Source: Gammaproteobacteria bacterium
Lineage (GTDB): Bacteria; Pseudomonadota; Gammaproteobacteria; Eutrophobiales; Eutrophobiaceae
DNA: 64,000 nucleotides
Reading direction: 5' to 3'
Assembly: GCA_965116495.1 (NCBI GenBank)
Contig: OZ220696.1
Coordinates: 3,392,001-3,456,000 of the forward strand
Part shown: positions 63,752 to 64,000 of the stretch, piece by piece
Numbering within the stretch: position 1 is the stretch's first letter
Layout: every line of letters begins with the position of its first letter
Position numbers and translations under genes: made by a program
Notes under the pieces: model-generated
What the model was told of the DNA's origin: nothing
The model's input: the letters and a program-made list of their open reading frames with translations, nothing else
The model's database searches: none

Positions 63752-64000
63752 AGTCCTGGTGTTTCTTGAAATGTGTAAGAATGGTACAGCGTTTTACACT
63801 TGTCGGGAAGCCGGATGGCCGATCAGGAAGCCTGCTGTTTCTCCTTTCTCTCTTTTTCCTGTTTTTTTACGGTATACCACATCACCAGGCCGGCTGAGAC
63901 AAGCAGTATGGTGAACCACATGCGTGAAGGATTAAATCCGTCAACTCCCAACCCGTAACCGACACCGAAAGGGAATACGGAGATGTATTCTTTGTCGTTA

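Overview
The window looks like a chromosome segment of a Gammaproteobacterium, judged from the housekeeping order dapB...carA-carB-greA-rlmE-ftsH-glmM; the taxon is inferred, not proven. About 9 kb of accessory DNA (toxin-antitoxin modules, lhr helicase, GFA, mocA-like) separates dapB from carA. After serA, a DUF1015 gene and tRNA-Ser(CGA) comes a patchwork of accessory genes and gene fragments. The main feature is an apparently complete ~27.5 kb aerobic alkene/epoxide utilisation island (33.5-61 kb). It holds a four-gene group-4 soluble di-iron alkene monooxygenase (amoABCD/etnABCD type, best known from Actinobacteria) and the Xanthobacter-type epoxide carboxylation set (xecA, xecC, xecD, xecE). 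It also holds a bacterial coenzyme M biosynthesis block (comA/xcbB, two aspartase/fumarase-family lyases, a PLP enzyme and an unknown). Further genes encode a FadL-type channel, an acylating aldehyde dehydrogenase, a CoA transferase, an ADP-forming acyl-CoA ligase, a CoA-disulfide-reductase-like enzyme, a TAXI-TRAP transporter and an Xis-like HTH-MEDS regulator. A candidate operator (10-bp phased TTATGGAYAA repeats) occurs in all four promoter regions of the island. Two families of small dispersed repeats occur throughout, one copy in frame inside lhr. A copper cluster (two-domain multicopper oxidase, EGxCG-repeat cupredoxin, unannotated GDCCVxC protein) closes the window. All family assignments come from motif recognition and recalled reference sequences; no database search was run.
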